NCBI GenBank assembly: GCA_964619725.1
Contig: CAZUFC010000023.1
Coordinates: 14,487 to 78,486 of the forward strand
Length of the DNA: 64,000 nt
Origin: an uncultured bacterium
GTDB lineage: Bacteria; CSSED10-310; CAZUFC01
Direction of reading: 5' to 3'
This document shows positions 49,099 through 59,350 of the stretch, piece after piece. The notes beneath the pieces are model-generated. The model made no database searches. It saw only the letters and a list, made by a program, of their open reading frames with translations, and was not told the origin of the DNA. How positions within the stretch are numbered: the first letter of the stretch is position 1; each line of letters opens with the position of its first letter. Made by a program: the position numbers and the translations under genes.

Positions 49099-50658
49099 AT
49101 GAATCAAAATTTGGCGATAAAAATACTCGTTATTCTCGGAATTATAGGATTCTCGCTTTACAGCAGCCTGCCCCTGGAAGAAAAGATAAACCTGGGGTTG
49201 GACCTGCAGGGCGGCATGCATCTTATTTTACAAGTCGAATCGGACAAGGTGGTTGAAAACGAACTGGAGAAACTGAGAAAAGAAATACAGAGGACGCTTG
49301 TCAAGGCTAAGATAAGGTTTGAAAACGCTGAGATAAATGAGGCCGGGGACGGCGTCACGATTGAGTTCAAGGATCAGGAATTATATCGCAACGCGATGGA
49401 TATTTTCCGGGAAGAGTTTGATTTTTATGACAGGACGGAGGGCGGAACCATGACCGCTCCGCAGGTCACTCTGAAGATTCCACAGTCGCATATTGAGCAG
49501 TTGAAGGAGGAGGCTTTCAATCAGGCGCTGGATACGATCCGGAACCGGGTGGATGAATTCGGCGTGAAGGAGCCTATAATTCAGCGTCAGGGGATCGCTA
49601 TGAACCGTATCCTGGTTCAATTGCCCGGAGCCAAGGATGCGGAACGCGCCAAGAAAAATATAGGCAAAACGGCTTTTCTTGAATTTCAGCTTGTAAGAGA
49701 GGGGCCTGCTCCGAGAGAAGACATCCTGGAAAACTACGACGGATACATTCCTGCGGATGCTGAACTTTTGCCTTCAACGAGGATAGTGGATACGGAAAGG
49801 ATGTATTATTTGCTGGAAAAGGATGCGCCTGTGACGGGAGCCGACCTGGAGACGGCCCGGTTGGGACGCGATCAGTATGGGCGGTATGCGGTTGATTTTC
49901 AGTTGAATCGAATGGGCGGCAGAAAATTCGGAAAAATGACCAGCGAAAATATTGGTGCATTCATAGCCATTGTCCTGGACGATAAGGTTCAATCCGCTCC
50001 GCGAGTTCAAAGCCGCATTACAGATTCCGGGCAGATTACGGGCGATTTCACTTTGGATGAGGCCAAGGACCTGGCGATAGTTCTGCGTGCCGGTGCATTG
50101 CCGGCGCCGGTCAAATACCTCGAAGAAAGAACCGTCGGACCTTCCCTGGGAAAGGATTCTATTACGGCAGGCCTTAGAGCTATTCTTATCGGCGGCATCG
50201 CTGTTCTCATCTTCATGGTCATCTACTATAAATTCGCCGGCCTGATAGCTGATTTCGCAATGATTCTTAATCTCGTAATACTCACCGGAGCGCTCGCGGT
50301 CCTCAAAGCTTCCCTCACACTTCCGGGTATTGCCGGCATTATTCTTACCATCGGCATGGCCGTTGATGCTAATGTCCTGGTTTTTGAAAGAATTCGCGAA
50401 GAACTGGACCTGGCGAAAACCGTTCGAACTTCAGTGGCATTCGGTTTTAAAAAAGCGTTCCTGACTATCCTGGACGCCAATGTTACTACCATGATCGCCG
50501 CTTTGGTCCTGATGAACTTCGGCACTGGGCCCGTAAAAGGATTCGCCGTTACGCTTTCCATTGGTATCGTGGCTAGTATGTTTACGGCGTTGTTCGTATC
50601 AAGAGTCATCTTCGACCTTCTGCTTCTCAACAGAAAAGTCGTTAAACTCAGTATCTGA
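49099..50658 (+). CDS. secD: Protein translocase subunit SecD
   Basis: LGLDLQGG, IRNRVDEFGV.EP, LRAGALPAP, TVGPSLG and GMAVDANVL.FERIREE motifs. Confidence 0.98.
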   Translation: MNQNLAIKILVILGIIGFSLYSSLPLEEKINLGLDLQGGMHLILQVESDKVVENELEKLRKEIQRTLVKAKIRFENAEINEAGDGVTIEFKDQELYRNAMDIFREEFDFYDRTEGGTMTAPQVTLKIPQSHIEQLKEEAFNQALDTIRNRVDEFGVKEPIIQRQGIAMNRILVQLPGAKDAERAKKNIGKTAFLEFQLVREGPAPREDILENYDGYIPADAELLPSTRIVDTERMYYLLEKDAPVTGADLETARLGRDQYGRYAVDFQLNRMGGRKFGKMTSENIGAFIAIVLDDKVQSAPRVQSRITDSGQITGDFTLDEAKDLAIVLRAGALPAPVKYLEERTVGPSLGKDSITAGLRAILIGGIAVLIFMVIYYKFAGLIADFAMILNLVILTGALAVLKASLTLPGIAGIILTIGMAVDANVLVFERIREELDLAKTVRTSVAFGFKKAFLTILDANVTTMIAALVLMNFGTGPVKGFAVTLSIGIVASMFTALFVSRVIFDLLLLNRKVVKLSI

Positions 50659-50820
50659 TCTTTCCAATGAAATTCCTTTTTATCTTTGGAAAAACAAAAA
50701 TGTTTAATGAGAGCTCAAACGAGATTAATTCGATTCACGATCTGAATTCTACGGTTGACGACCGATTCGAATCGAAATCCAGTTCTTTTGCCGTCCGTTA
50801 CGGTAAGGAGGAGTGTTCTA

Positions 50821-51732
50821 ATGCGATTTTTTAAAGATGTGAATATCAATTTCCTGGGAAAACGCCGCATCGCCGCCGTTCTTTCAGCTGTTTTCATTAT
50901 TGTTGGCGTTGCCAGTCTTATCATTCATAAAGGTCCTAATTACGGCATTGATTTCGCCGGCGGCGTTCTCGTGCAGGTTCAGTTCGATCAGAACATTAAT
51001 ATCAAAAAAATTCGTGAATCGCTCAAACAAATCGAACTGGGCGATTCCATCATTCAACGCTACGGCTCCGACAGAGAATTCATCATTCGCGTTGTGCTGG
51101 CTTCGGAAGCAGAACTCGAAAAAACCGCCAAAATCATTGAAGAAAACCTTAAGGACAACTTCGCCGAATTCAACATTGATATTAGACGCGTTGAAATGGT
51201 CGGTCCCACTGTCGGAAAGGAACTCAGGTCCTCAGCTCTCCTCGCCATCGCCGCTGCGTTAGCTGGAATCCTGATTTATATCTCTGCCAGATTCGAATTC
51301 AAATTCGCCGTCGCTGCCATCATCGCACTGGTCCATGACGTCCTTATCACCGTCGGACTTTTTTCCCTCACCAACAAAGAAATGAACCTGCCCATCATAG
51401 CCGCGCTCCTTACCATCGTCGGGTATTCTCTCAATGATACCATCGTCGTGTTCGACAGAATCAGAGAAAATTTGAAAATTATACGGAAAAAATCCTATGA
51501 GGAAATCGTCAACTCAAGCATTAATCAGACCATCAGCAGAACCTTGCTTACTTCCGTAACTACCTTCATCGTCGTCTTATGCCTTTTCATCTTCGGCGGA
51601 AACGTCATTCATGATTTCTCTTTCGCTTTGATGGTCGGAGTCATCGTCGGTACCTATTCCTCAATCTTTGTCGCCAGTCCAGTGATTGTGGTCTGGCATA
51701 CGCTGTCTTCTCCAAAACGCAAGTTTAAATGA
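50821..51732 (+). CDS. secF: Protein translocase subunit SecF
   Basis: GIDFAGG, VGPTVG.EL, HDV, GYSLNDTIVVFDRIRE and GTYSSIF motifs. AGGAGG before ATG 50821. Confidence 0.98.
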   Translation: MRFFKDVNINFLGKRRIAAVLSAVFIIVGVASLIIHKGPNYGIDFAGGVLVQVQFDQNINIKKIRESLKQIELGDSIIQRYGSDREFIIRVVLASEAELEKTAKIIEENLKDNFAEFNIDIRRVEMVGPTVGKELRSSALLAIAAALAGILIYISARFEFKFAVAAIIALVHDVLITVGLFSLTNKEMNLPIIAALLTIVGYSLNDTIVVFDRIRENLKIIRKKSYEEIVNSSINQTISRTLLTSVTTFIVVLCLFIFGGNVIHDFSFALMVGVIVGTYSSIFVASPVIVVWHTLSSPKRKFK

Positions 51733-51840
51733 CAGGATTTTTAATACATTAAAAAAGCAGAAAAGAAATCAGAAAAGAAATCAGAACCGTTCGGCAGCCT
51801 TTGGCATACTCTTTGAAAGGATTCTGTATTACTCTCTGAA

Positions 51841-53247
51841 ATGATAAAATTTCAGAATATAATTGATGCCGTTCATCGGTTTAATCCACGTACGGACTGC
51901 AGTACCCTTCAGGATATCTTCGATTACCTTATGGACGGCAAAAAGTCAGTCGATCTGGACCTGCCTCCCCAATTTGCCGTCGCTCTACAAACCGCCTTGC
52001 TCCTGGCAGAGCAAAATATGGAGCTCGCAGCTATTGGCGCCGGCTTGCTTTTTCCCTTTCTGGAAAAAGAACCGGAAAAAGCGCCCTTCATTCGAGAACG
52101 CTTCGGTAATCCCCTTTCATATTTCCTGGATAAACTCATCAAATTATCGGAATTCCCTTACGTGCATCATGCCGTCGGGCAACCGGATAATTATCGAAAA
52201 ATGATCATCCTGGAAGCAGGCGATCCCCGCATCGTCCTCATTAAAATCGCCGGGGTTACCGCCGGACTGGAAAACAAGCTCGCCTCCAATAATTCCGCTT
52301 CTCATCATGACGCAATAGAAGCGCTTCATATCTACGCACCCCTCGCTCATATCTTCGGCGTTGTTTCACTCAAAAGAAGATTAGAAGATTCCGCTTTCAG
52401 AATCCTTTACCCGCAGGATTATGATTCGCTTAAAAAAGCCATCCAAAGAATGTGGGCTGACAAAGAACTCTTTATTCAGAAATTCTCCTCTGACTTAAAG
52501 CAAAAATTTATGGACAGGGGAATTTCGCCGCAAATCATCAGCAGGATTAAAAACGCCTATTCCGTCTGGTACAAAATGAAATATAAAAATAGACGATTAG
52601 GCGAAGTCTACGACTTACTGGCTTTTCGCATCATCGTCGGCAGCGTCGCCGAGTGCTATGAAGCCTTGAGCGTGATACACAATTACTGGAAACCCATAAA
52701 AGGCCGGTTTAAGGATTTCATCGCCAATCCCAAAAGCAACGGGTACCGCTCTCTGCACAGCACTATACTCGTTTCCAGGGGCAGAGTCGTGGAAATACAG
52801 ATTCGATCCTTCAAGATGCACCAGATTGCAGAGAGAGGATTGGCTCTCCATTCACATTACAAAATAGCGTCGCAGGAGAAATACTCCGTCAAAGACTACA
52901 GCTCAGACCTGCTGCAGTCATTGTTCGACATCCATTGGGTATACGTAAGAACGCCTGACGAAAAAATCATACGCCTGCCTCAAGGCGCCACACCGCTTGA
53001 TTTCGCCTACAGCATTCACACCGACCTCGGCCGTCGTTACTCAGCATCCCTCATAAACGGCGCCCCTGCCGCTCCTTACAGCATATTAAAAAACGGCGAC
53101 CAGATATTCGTCATCACTGACCCCAATTCAGAGCCAGACCCTGAACAATTGAAATGGGTCAAAAGCAGACCCGCAAGAAAAAAATTAAAAAGATTCCTCA
53201 GACAATCCTGTCGCTCTCATGAGAACAGAATTACACGGGCTTTTTAA
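51841..53247 (+). CDS. RelA/SpoT homologue with degenerate HD domain, synthetase and TGS; no ZFD/ACT
   Basis: IYAPLAH..G, R.K..YS, DLLAFRI, RFKDFIANPKSNGYRSLH, VEIQIR and DFAYSIHT motifs. The hydrolase HD site reads LLFPFLE. Confidence 0.88.
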   Translation: MIKFQNIIDAVHRFNPRTDCSTLQDIFDYLMDGKKSVDLDLPPQFAVALQTALLLAEQNMELAAIGAGLLFPFLEKEPEKAPFIRERFGNPLSYFLDKLIKLSEFPYVHHAVGQPDNYRKMIILEAGDPRIVLIKIAGVTAGLENKLASNNSASHHDAIEALHIYAPLAHIFGVVSLKRRLEDSAFRILYPQDYDSLKKAIQRMWADKELFIQKFSSDLKQKFMDRGISPQIISRIKNAYSVWYKMKYKNRRLGEVYDLLAFRIIVGSVAECYEALSVIHNYWKPIKGRFKDFIANPKSNGYRSLHSTILVSRGRVVEIQIRSFKMHQIAERGLALHSHYKIASQEKYSVKDYSSDLLQSLFDIHWVYVRTPDEKIIRLPQGATPLDFAYSIHTDLGRRYSASLINGAPAAPYSILKNGDQIFVITDPNSEPDPEQLKWVKSRPARKKLKRFLRQSCRSHENRITRAF

Positions 53248-53422
53248 CCTTTCCCGCGCTCAAACATCTCGTGCAAACGTTCTTTCGCACACTGCGGCCG
53301 TTTTCTAATACCCTTACCTTCTGGATGTTCGGCAACCACCGCTTTTTGCTCAAATTATGAGAATGACTCACTTTGTGGCCAACTATCGAACCTTTTCCGC
53401 ATATATCACATCTCTTTGACAC
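53231..53422 (-). CDS. rpmB: 50S ribosomal protein L28 (zinc-ribbon type)
   Basis: SKRCDICGK...G.KVSHS....KKRW.PNIQ...VCTRCL pattern. GTG start after GGAGG. Confidence 0.97.
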   Translation of the reverse strand: MSKRCDICGKGSIVGHKVSHSHNLSKKRWLPNIQKVRVLENGRSVRKNVCTRCLSAGKVKKPV

Positions 53423-54067
53423 TTCTTTCCTCCTGTCGTTTCAAGAAGCTGTATTCGTTTAACACACTCTCAAAAAAAATTCAAGACGCTTTTGCAATTT
53501 AATCCATAAAATTGTCCTTAAACTCAATTTCGCCTGAATGAGCTTTATGTTTCTCGTCGAATAGGTTCACTAAAACGACGACGATCACGACAGCGAATAC
53601 ATTTTTTACGTTTGTGAACCGGCTGATTTGTTTTTCTTCGCTTAATTGCCGAAGTCCTTCAACTGGAGCAGACATTCAGCGGATCGACAACCCGAAAGGT
53701 CCCTTTTGAAGCTTATTTTGACCCGGAGCGGATTTTTCGATTGGATTCGGCATGAAAGATTCAACTGCCAAAAAATACGGTCCATTTTCGGCGCCTATTT
53801 TGCAAAAATTAGTCATGATTCTCGTGACTGATGATGGCAGCTTTGCAAGTTTCGAGGTTTTTTTGTTCATTTGATAAGGACTTAAGGGGAATTATCCGAG
53901 GGGGTGAAGGAGCGGATGATTTTTTGTTTTGGGAAAAAGAGGAAAAATTTGCACTTTCTTAATAATTTGGAATTCTTTTTCATTTTTTTCTTGACAATCG
54001 TCGTGATGTTTTGATATTCAACAAATGATGTCTCTAAATGGTTTGCTGCACTCTCATTGTAAAGTAG

Positions 54068-55135
54068 GTGGTTAAAGTGTTGTTTAGTAGTAAACAGTTA
54101 GTCGGGCTCGATATCGGTTCCAGTTGCGTAAAGGTCATCGTGATGAAGGAAGGCGGAAAGGGAAGCTGGATGATGACCCATATAGGAATTGAACAGTTGC
54201 CCAGTGAAGTTATCGTGGACGGCGCCGTCATGGATGCTTCTGCGGTTGTGGACACGATCAGACGCTTGTTTGTTTCGCAGAAGATCAAACACAAGAAAGT
54301 GGTGCTGTCCGTTTCCGGCCACTCAGTTATAGTCAAAAAGATATCGTTGCCTCAGATGTCCAGGGAGGAGTTGGAGGAATCGATCCAATGGGAAGCTGAG
54401 CAGTATATTCCTTTTGATATTGAGGACGTGAATATTGATTTTCATCTGCTTGAGCCGGAGCCTGAGGTAATGGGCGGCATACAGCAGGAAATGGAAGTTA
54501 TTCTGGTTGCAGTAAAGAAAGATAAGATCAACGATTACACCGGGCTGGTCCGACAGGTAGGATTGACGCCGGTCATTGTTGATGTGGACGGCTTCGCAGC
54601 TTGCAATTCTTACGAAATCAACTACGACATTGCCGAGGGGACGCTGGCGCTGATCGATATGGGTACCGGAGTTATGAACATCAATATTCTTCAGAACGGG
54701 CGTCACATGTTGTACAGGGACATTTCTATCGGAGGAAATCAGTATACGGATGCGATTCAGAAGGAGTTGAACGTGAGCAGCGAACAGGCGGAGCGATTAA
54801 AGATGGGTGAAGAGGTGAAGGGAATTCACCCGGACGACGTCAGGAACATAATGGATTCGGTCAACGAAGACATCAGTCTTGAGATACAGAGGTCATTCGA
54901 TTATTTCAAGGCGACTTCTCAGGAGGCGAGGATCGACAAGGTGGTGCTTACCGGCGGATGTTCCAAAATTGAGGGAATTGATGAGTTTCTGAAGCAGAAG
55001 CTGGCGACGGATGTGGTTCGCGGAAATCCTTTCAACAACGTTCAATACAACACCAAGAAATACGATCCGCTATACATTCAGGATATTGCGCCGCTATGCG
55101 CCGTTGTCGTCGGACTAGGATTGAGGAGGGACTAA
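54068..55135 (+). CDS. pilM: Type IV pilus assembly protein PilM
   Basis: VGLDIGSS.VK, EAEQYIPF, LIDMG and LTGG motifs (actin-like fold). Confidence 0.96.
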   Translation: MVKVLFSSKQLVGLDIGSSCVKVIVMKEGGKGSWMMTHIGIEQLPSEVIVDGAVMDASAVVDTIRRLFVSQKIKHKKVVLSVSGHSVIVKKISLPQMSREELEESIQWEAEQYIPFDIEDVNIDFHLLEPEPEVMGGIQQEMEVILVAVKKDKINDYTGLVRQVGLTPVIVDVDGFAACNSYEINYDIAEGTLALIDMGTGVMNINILQNGRHMLYRDISIGGNQYTDAIQKELNVSSEQAERLKMGEEVKGIHPDDVRNIMDSVNEDISLEIQRSFDYFKATSQEARIDKVVLTGGCSKIEGIDEFLKQKLATDVVRGNPFNNVQYNTKKYDPLYIQDIAPLCAVVVGLGLRRD

Positions 55136-55138
55136 CAT

Positions 55139-55681
55139 ATGATCAAGATTAATCTTTTACCTCACGAGCCTCCCCGAGACCACAAGTTGACCCTGCAGAT
55201 TATCGGTTCAATCGTCGTCATCATTGCATGCATTCTGGTCATCACCGGTTTTTCTCTTTACTTCGACAATCAGATCAAGGATAAAAACGAAGAGATACGG
55301 ACGAAGGAAGATACGGTTAGGCAGTTGAATGTGATCATCGAATCGGTTCTGGCGTATGAGCGAGACAGGGATTTATTGCAGGAAAAATTATCGACGATTG
55401 CGCAGTTGCAGAAAAATCAGACCGGGCCCGTCAAATTGCTGGAAGAGATCGTAAAAAGTTTGCCTGATCAGGTATGGTTGACGAGTTTGCAAAACACGAA
55501 CGTTAACGTCATGTTACGGGGTTTCAGTTTATCCTGGACGGCTGTCGGAGACTTCATGACGGCTCTTACCAATTCGCCTACTTTTAATAGCGTTGAAATC
55601 AGAAATGTGCGCGAAATAAAGGTTTCCGGTGAGGAAGTTCATCAGTTTGAACTGAGTTTCGTATGTAATCTTTTCGGCTGA
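55139..55681 (+). CDS. pilN: Type IV pilus assembly protein PilN
   Basis: MIKINLLP, TM helix, coiled coil, LP..VWL. Confidence 0.93.
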   Translation: MIKINLLPHEPPRDHKLTLQIIGSIVVIIACILVITGFSLYFDNQIKDKNEEIRTKEDTVRQLNVIIESVLAYERDRDLLQEKLSTIAQLQKNQTGPVKLLEEIVKSLPDQVWLTSLQNTNVNVMLRGFSLSWTAVGDFMTALTNSPTFNSVEIRNVREIKVSGEEVHQFELSFVCNLFG

Positions 55682-55726
55682 GCATTATCTAAATATTCAA
55701 AATTAAAGGAAAGTGAGGACTGAGAA

Positions 55727-56305
55727 ATGGGGATAATGGAAACGTTAGAGAATATCCCTGATTGGCAGAAATATTCAGTTGTCGGATTAATAGTGCTCGC
55801 CTTAGGTTTGTATTTCTATTATGGTTTGTATAAGCCAAACATGCAGGAAATGAAGCGTTTGGACAACAAAATCGCCTCTCTTGACGTAAAGATTAATAAA
55901 GGTCTCACAATGAAAGGCAGACTGGACGAATTTCGAAAGGAAGTTTATATACTTCAGGAGAAAATGCGGCAAGCAGAGGAAATTTTAGGAAACAAACCGG
56001 CGGTCAATGAATTGTTGCCGACGATGGAGAGTCTCGCTACGCAAGCGGGATTAAGGCCTTTGAGATTTGATCCTGCAGGAGAGCGTCACCGGCAATTTTA
56101 CGGTGAAATACCGATCAACATTGAAGTTTCCGGACGCTATCACGACCTGGGACGTTTTTTCGAAAAAATAGCGAATGAATCTCGTATCCTCAACGTAACG
56201 AATCTGTCGATCAACGGTACAGGTACGAAGGCGAAGCAAACCGGCGAAACGGTAACCGCATCCTGCATTCTAACGGCATTCTGGTTCCTCGGAGGAGGTG
56301 GTTAA
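55727..56305 (+). CDS. pilO: Type IV pilus assembly protein PilO
   Basis: TM helix, coiled coil, FYGEIPI...V.G.YH.LG.FF and RI.NV motifs. Confidence 0.93.
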   Translation: MGIMETLENIPDWQKYSVVGLIVLALGLYFYYGLYKPNMQEMKRLDNKIASLDVKINKGLTMKGRLDEFRKEVYILQEKMRQAEEILGNKPAVNELLPTMESLATQAGLRPLRFDPAGERHRQFYGEIPINIEVSGRYHDLGRFFEKIANESRILNVTNLSINGTGTKAKQTGETVTASCILTAFWFLGGGG

Positions 56306-56807
56306 AATCAAAATTCGCTTAATTCGCAGAAGTTTCTCAATCGGCTGTTGCGTGGCAGCTTTAGTATATATTGCGGCAAATATTTTTTCTCCTTTGGATT
56401 GTTGTCTTGCTCAAACGACCGACGAGTCCGAGCCCGGTTTATCGACTGAAATAGAGTTGCCGTCCCCGAAGAAAGAGAAAAGAGCGACCTACAATGTTCC
56501 TCCGGACAAAAGAGACCCTTTCTACTCATTGCGCGATATACAATTCATCAAGCACCGGGCAGCAGGGATCAAGGGAATGGCGATATCGGAAATCGCCTTA
56601 AAAGGAGTGATGAAGGTACCGGATGGTTTTCTGGCGATATTCGAGGGTAGAGACGGGAAATCGTATCTTCTTCAGGAAGGGGATGCCGTTCTGGATGGAA
56701 AGGTCAAGAGAATAGGAAGAAATCAAGTAACATTTGAGCAAGTGATATTGGACCCTTTTGGACGTCCAAAAGAGAAAAAGGAGATAGTAGTTAATCTTCA
56801 TATGTGA
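56298..56807 (+). CDS. pilP: Type IV pilus assembly protein PilP-like
   Basis: KRDPF, L.G.M, G..Y....GD...DG.V..I motifs; located between pilO and pilQ. Confidence 0.85.
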   Translation: MVKIKIRLIRRSFSIGCCVAALVYIAANIFSPLDCCLAQTTDESEPGLSTEIELPSPKKEKRATYNVPPDKRDPFYSLRDIQFIKHRAAGIKGMAISEIALKGVMKVPDGFLAIFEGRDGKSYLLQEGDAVLDGKVKRIGRNQVTFEQVILDPFGRPKEKKEIVVNLHM

Positions 56808-56820
56808 TGGGAGGATCTTA

Positions 56821-58671
56821 ATGGCAAAAGAACTTGTGAAATGCTCCATTATCCTACTGGTCGTATTGACTTTAGTAGGAGAGCCGACAGGGGTCATGGG
56901 TTACAACAAGTCTTCAGTCGCCCGGAATAATCTGGAGGATATTCGACTTGATCGACAAGCTGATATCGAAACTATCATTATTGAGGGTTCCGATGCTTTA
57001 TCCTTCTCCATTTCCGAGGCGGAAGAAAACGAAATCGTATTGGAAATTGAGGATGTGAGAGCCGGCATTTTCAAAGGGGATGTTTTTACGGACAGCCTTT
57101 TGATAGACAGGGTGACCACGAAGGAACTGGACGACGATTTGATCGTGACATTGAGCTTATTGAAACCCATGAGTTATTTGGTGTCTGAGTATCAGGGAAA
57201 AGTTCACGTATCGGTCAGGGATTTTGGGACGGAGGCTGAGCTAGCGGAATTCGACGATCTTGTCGTGGAAACTGCGACGGAACCGATCAAAACGGCTCAG
57301 GCCACTGTAGATGAAATCGATGCTGCTCAGGGCGCCACGAGCACGACTCGAATAAGGGTTTTGGAAGCCGAAGAAATTTACCAGATGGAAAGGCCGGAAA
57401 AGTATGTGGGAAAACCTATCTCTCTGGATTTCAAAGAGATAGATATCCTGGACGTGCTCAGGATTATTGCTGAAGTCAGCGGTTTCAACGTGGTGGTCGA
57501 TCCGGACGTATCAGGCCAGATGACCATTAAACTGAATAATGTCCCCTGGGATCAGGCGCTTGACGTTATTCTCAAGAACCAGGGACTCGGAAAAGAAATC
57601 ACAGGGAATGTCATGAGAATAGCGAACGTAGCCAAACTGCGCGACGAAGCCATTTTAGAACGTCAGATGCAGGAAGCCAAGCAATCCGCTATTCCGAGAG
57701 AAAGCCGGGTGGTTTATCTCTCTTATGCAAATGCCGATACAATGGGCGAACTTCTTCGTGAAGGCGTACTTTCCGAGAGAGGAAGAATAATCATCGATCA
57801 AAGAACGAACACTATGGTTTTGATCGACGTCCCGGAATACCTTGATAAAGCGCTTAAACTCGTTAAAATACTCGACATCCAGACGAAACAGGTTCACATA
57901 AACGGTCAGATAATCACCACGGCCAAGGATTTCAATCGTGAATTCGGCATCCAGTGGGGAGGAAAATTTACGGCTGACGCTTATCACGGCAATACGACGG
58001 GTTATCGGTTCCCCAATAATTACGCCGTTGATCTGGAAGGCGGTCAGGAAGGCGGTTATGCCGTTAACTTGCCTGTAGGCACACAGCCGTTGCTGGGTTT
58101 AACATTCGGTAACGTGATGGATACGCTAAAATTGCGTATGGCGATCAGCGCGACTGAAAGCGAAGGTTTGACGAAGATCATCTCAAATCCGAGGATCACG
58201 ACTTCCGATAACCAGATGGCTGAAATCGAAAGCGGCGTCCAGTTGCCGTTTTCAACCAGATCAAGCGAGGGATGGGTGCAGACGCAATTTGTGGCTGCGA
58301 CTTTAAGGCTCTCGGTGACTCCGCATATTACCAATGACGATTTCGTCAGCATGTATCTGGAAGCGAACAAGGATTCGCCTGATTACGCACGTTCCGGAAC
58401 CTTCGGAGGCGCATCAGGGACGCCGATCATCACGAATCGAGCGACGACCAACGTACTGGTGAAGGATGGCGATACAATTGTGATAGGCGGTCTGAATGAA
58501 TCGACCGTTGGAGATTCTGAGACTCGAGTTCCTTTCCTCGGAAAAATTCCAATTCTGGGATGGTTGTTCAAGAGTAGGGGCATTGAAAACCAATACAGCG
58601 ATCTTTTGATTTTCATCACGCCTACAATTGTAAGACATGGAAACCAAGAAGTCTTGGCTGAAGAATTTTAA
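56821..58671 (+). CDS. pilQ: Type IV pilus secretin PilQ
   Basis: Y.G.PISLDF, VPWDQALD.IL, D.RTN, FGIQWG, S.P.I.T.DN, L.VTP.IT, VPFLGKIPILGWLF and LLIFITP motifs. Confidence 0.97.
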   Translation: MAKELVKCSIILLVVLTLVGEPTGVMGYNKSSVARNNLEDIRLDRQADIETIIIEGSDALSFSISEAEENEIVLEIEDVRAGIFKGDVFTDSLLIDRVTTKELDDDLIVTLSLLKPMSYLVSEYQGKVHVSVRDFGTEAELAEFDDLVVETATEPIKTAQATVDEIDAAQGATSTTRIRVLEAEEIYQMERPEKYVGKPISLDFKEIDILDVLRIIAEVSGFNVVVDPDVSGQMTIKLNNVPWDQALDVILKNQGLGKEITGNVMRIANVAKLRDEAILERQMQEAKQSAIPRESRVVYLSYANADTMGELLREGVLSERGRIIIDQRTNTMVLIDVPEYLDKALKLVKILDIQTKQVHINGQIITTAKDFNREFGIQWGGKFTADAYHGNTTGYRFPNNYAVDLEGGQEGGYAVNLPVGTQPLLGLTFGNVMDTLKLRMAISATESEGLTKIISNPRITTSDNQMAEIESGVQLPFSTRSSEGWVQTQFVAATLRLSVTPHITNDDFVSMYLEANKDSPDYARSGTFGGASGTPIITNRATTNVLVKDGDTIVIGGLNESTVGDSETRVPFLGKIPILGWLFKSRGIENQYSDLLIFITPTIVRHGNQEVLAEEF

Positions 58672-58697
58672 CGCCGTTTCACGAGGGAGATTTGAAT

Positions 58698-59336
58698 ATG
58701 AAAAAAATTAAGTACGTTATGTTGATCGGGATTGTGCTCGGTTATGTCGGCGCTCTCGTTCTATTAAGCAGTTGCGGGGATGCCGGCGGGCGAGCGAAAG
58801 ACAACAATCCTGTCATGCTCATCATTACAGGGATCAGTCCCAGTCTAGTCACATCAGACGTTGTGGATGAAGATGTTGATGCTGGGGTTTACTCTATAGT
58901 CGCCGATACGGTGAATGTCGGTCTTGAAATAAGGCAACTGGACCCTGACGGCGGCGATTTCGCCGGCGAAGGCACTTACATAAGCGTCATGATTGAGGAG
59001 TATCACGTTGAATTTGAGAGGACCGACACGGGAAGCGCGGTTCCGGCCCCGTTTTCGAATGATTTGAGCGTTTTCATAGAACCCGGCGGAGGCCAGGAAG
59101 GCGGCGAGGAAGGCGCTCTTATCACGTGCGAAGTTGTAAGAGCGGACCAGAAGCTTATGCCGCCGTTGATCTACTTGAATCCTTATCGTTCTTACGGTTA
59201 TGAACCCGATACCGGGCTTGAGATAATTCATGGAACCATTCATATTACTGTGATAGGTAAAACGATAGCCGGGCGCCGGATTTCCGTCTCAGGTTCCGTT
59301 CCGGTTGAATTTGCTAATTGGGCGGAAAGCTTATAA
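58698..59336 (+). CDS. Hypothetical lipoprotein, beta-rich
   Basis: Lipobox LSSC after a hydrophobic stretch; GAGGGAG RBS; co-oriented after pilQ. Confidence 0.8.
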   Translation: MKKIKYVMLIGIVLGYVGALVLLSSCGDAGGRAKDNNPVMLIITGISPSLVTSDVVDEDVDAGVYSIVADTVNVGLEIRQLDPDGGDFAGEGTYISVMIEEYHVEFERTDTGSAVPAPFSNDLSVFIEPGGGQEGGEEGALITCEVVRADQKLMPPLIYLNPYRSYGYEPDTGLEIIHGTIHITVIGKTIAGRRISVSGSVPVEFANWAESL

Positions 59337-59350
59337 GGAAAGGAGCGAAC

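Noticed and set aside
51758-51786. CAGAAAAGAAAT direct repeat (x2.4)
   Set aside because: A short low-complexity duplication with no evidence of function.
51801-51816. Sigma-54 promoter before the Rel homologue (TTGGCATACTCTTTGA)
   Set aside because: The -12 dinucleotide is GA rather than GC; unsupported without TSS data.
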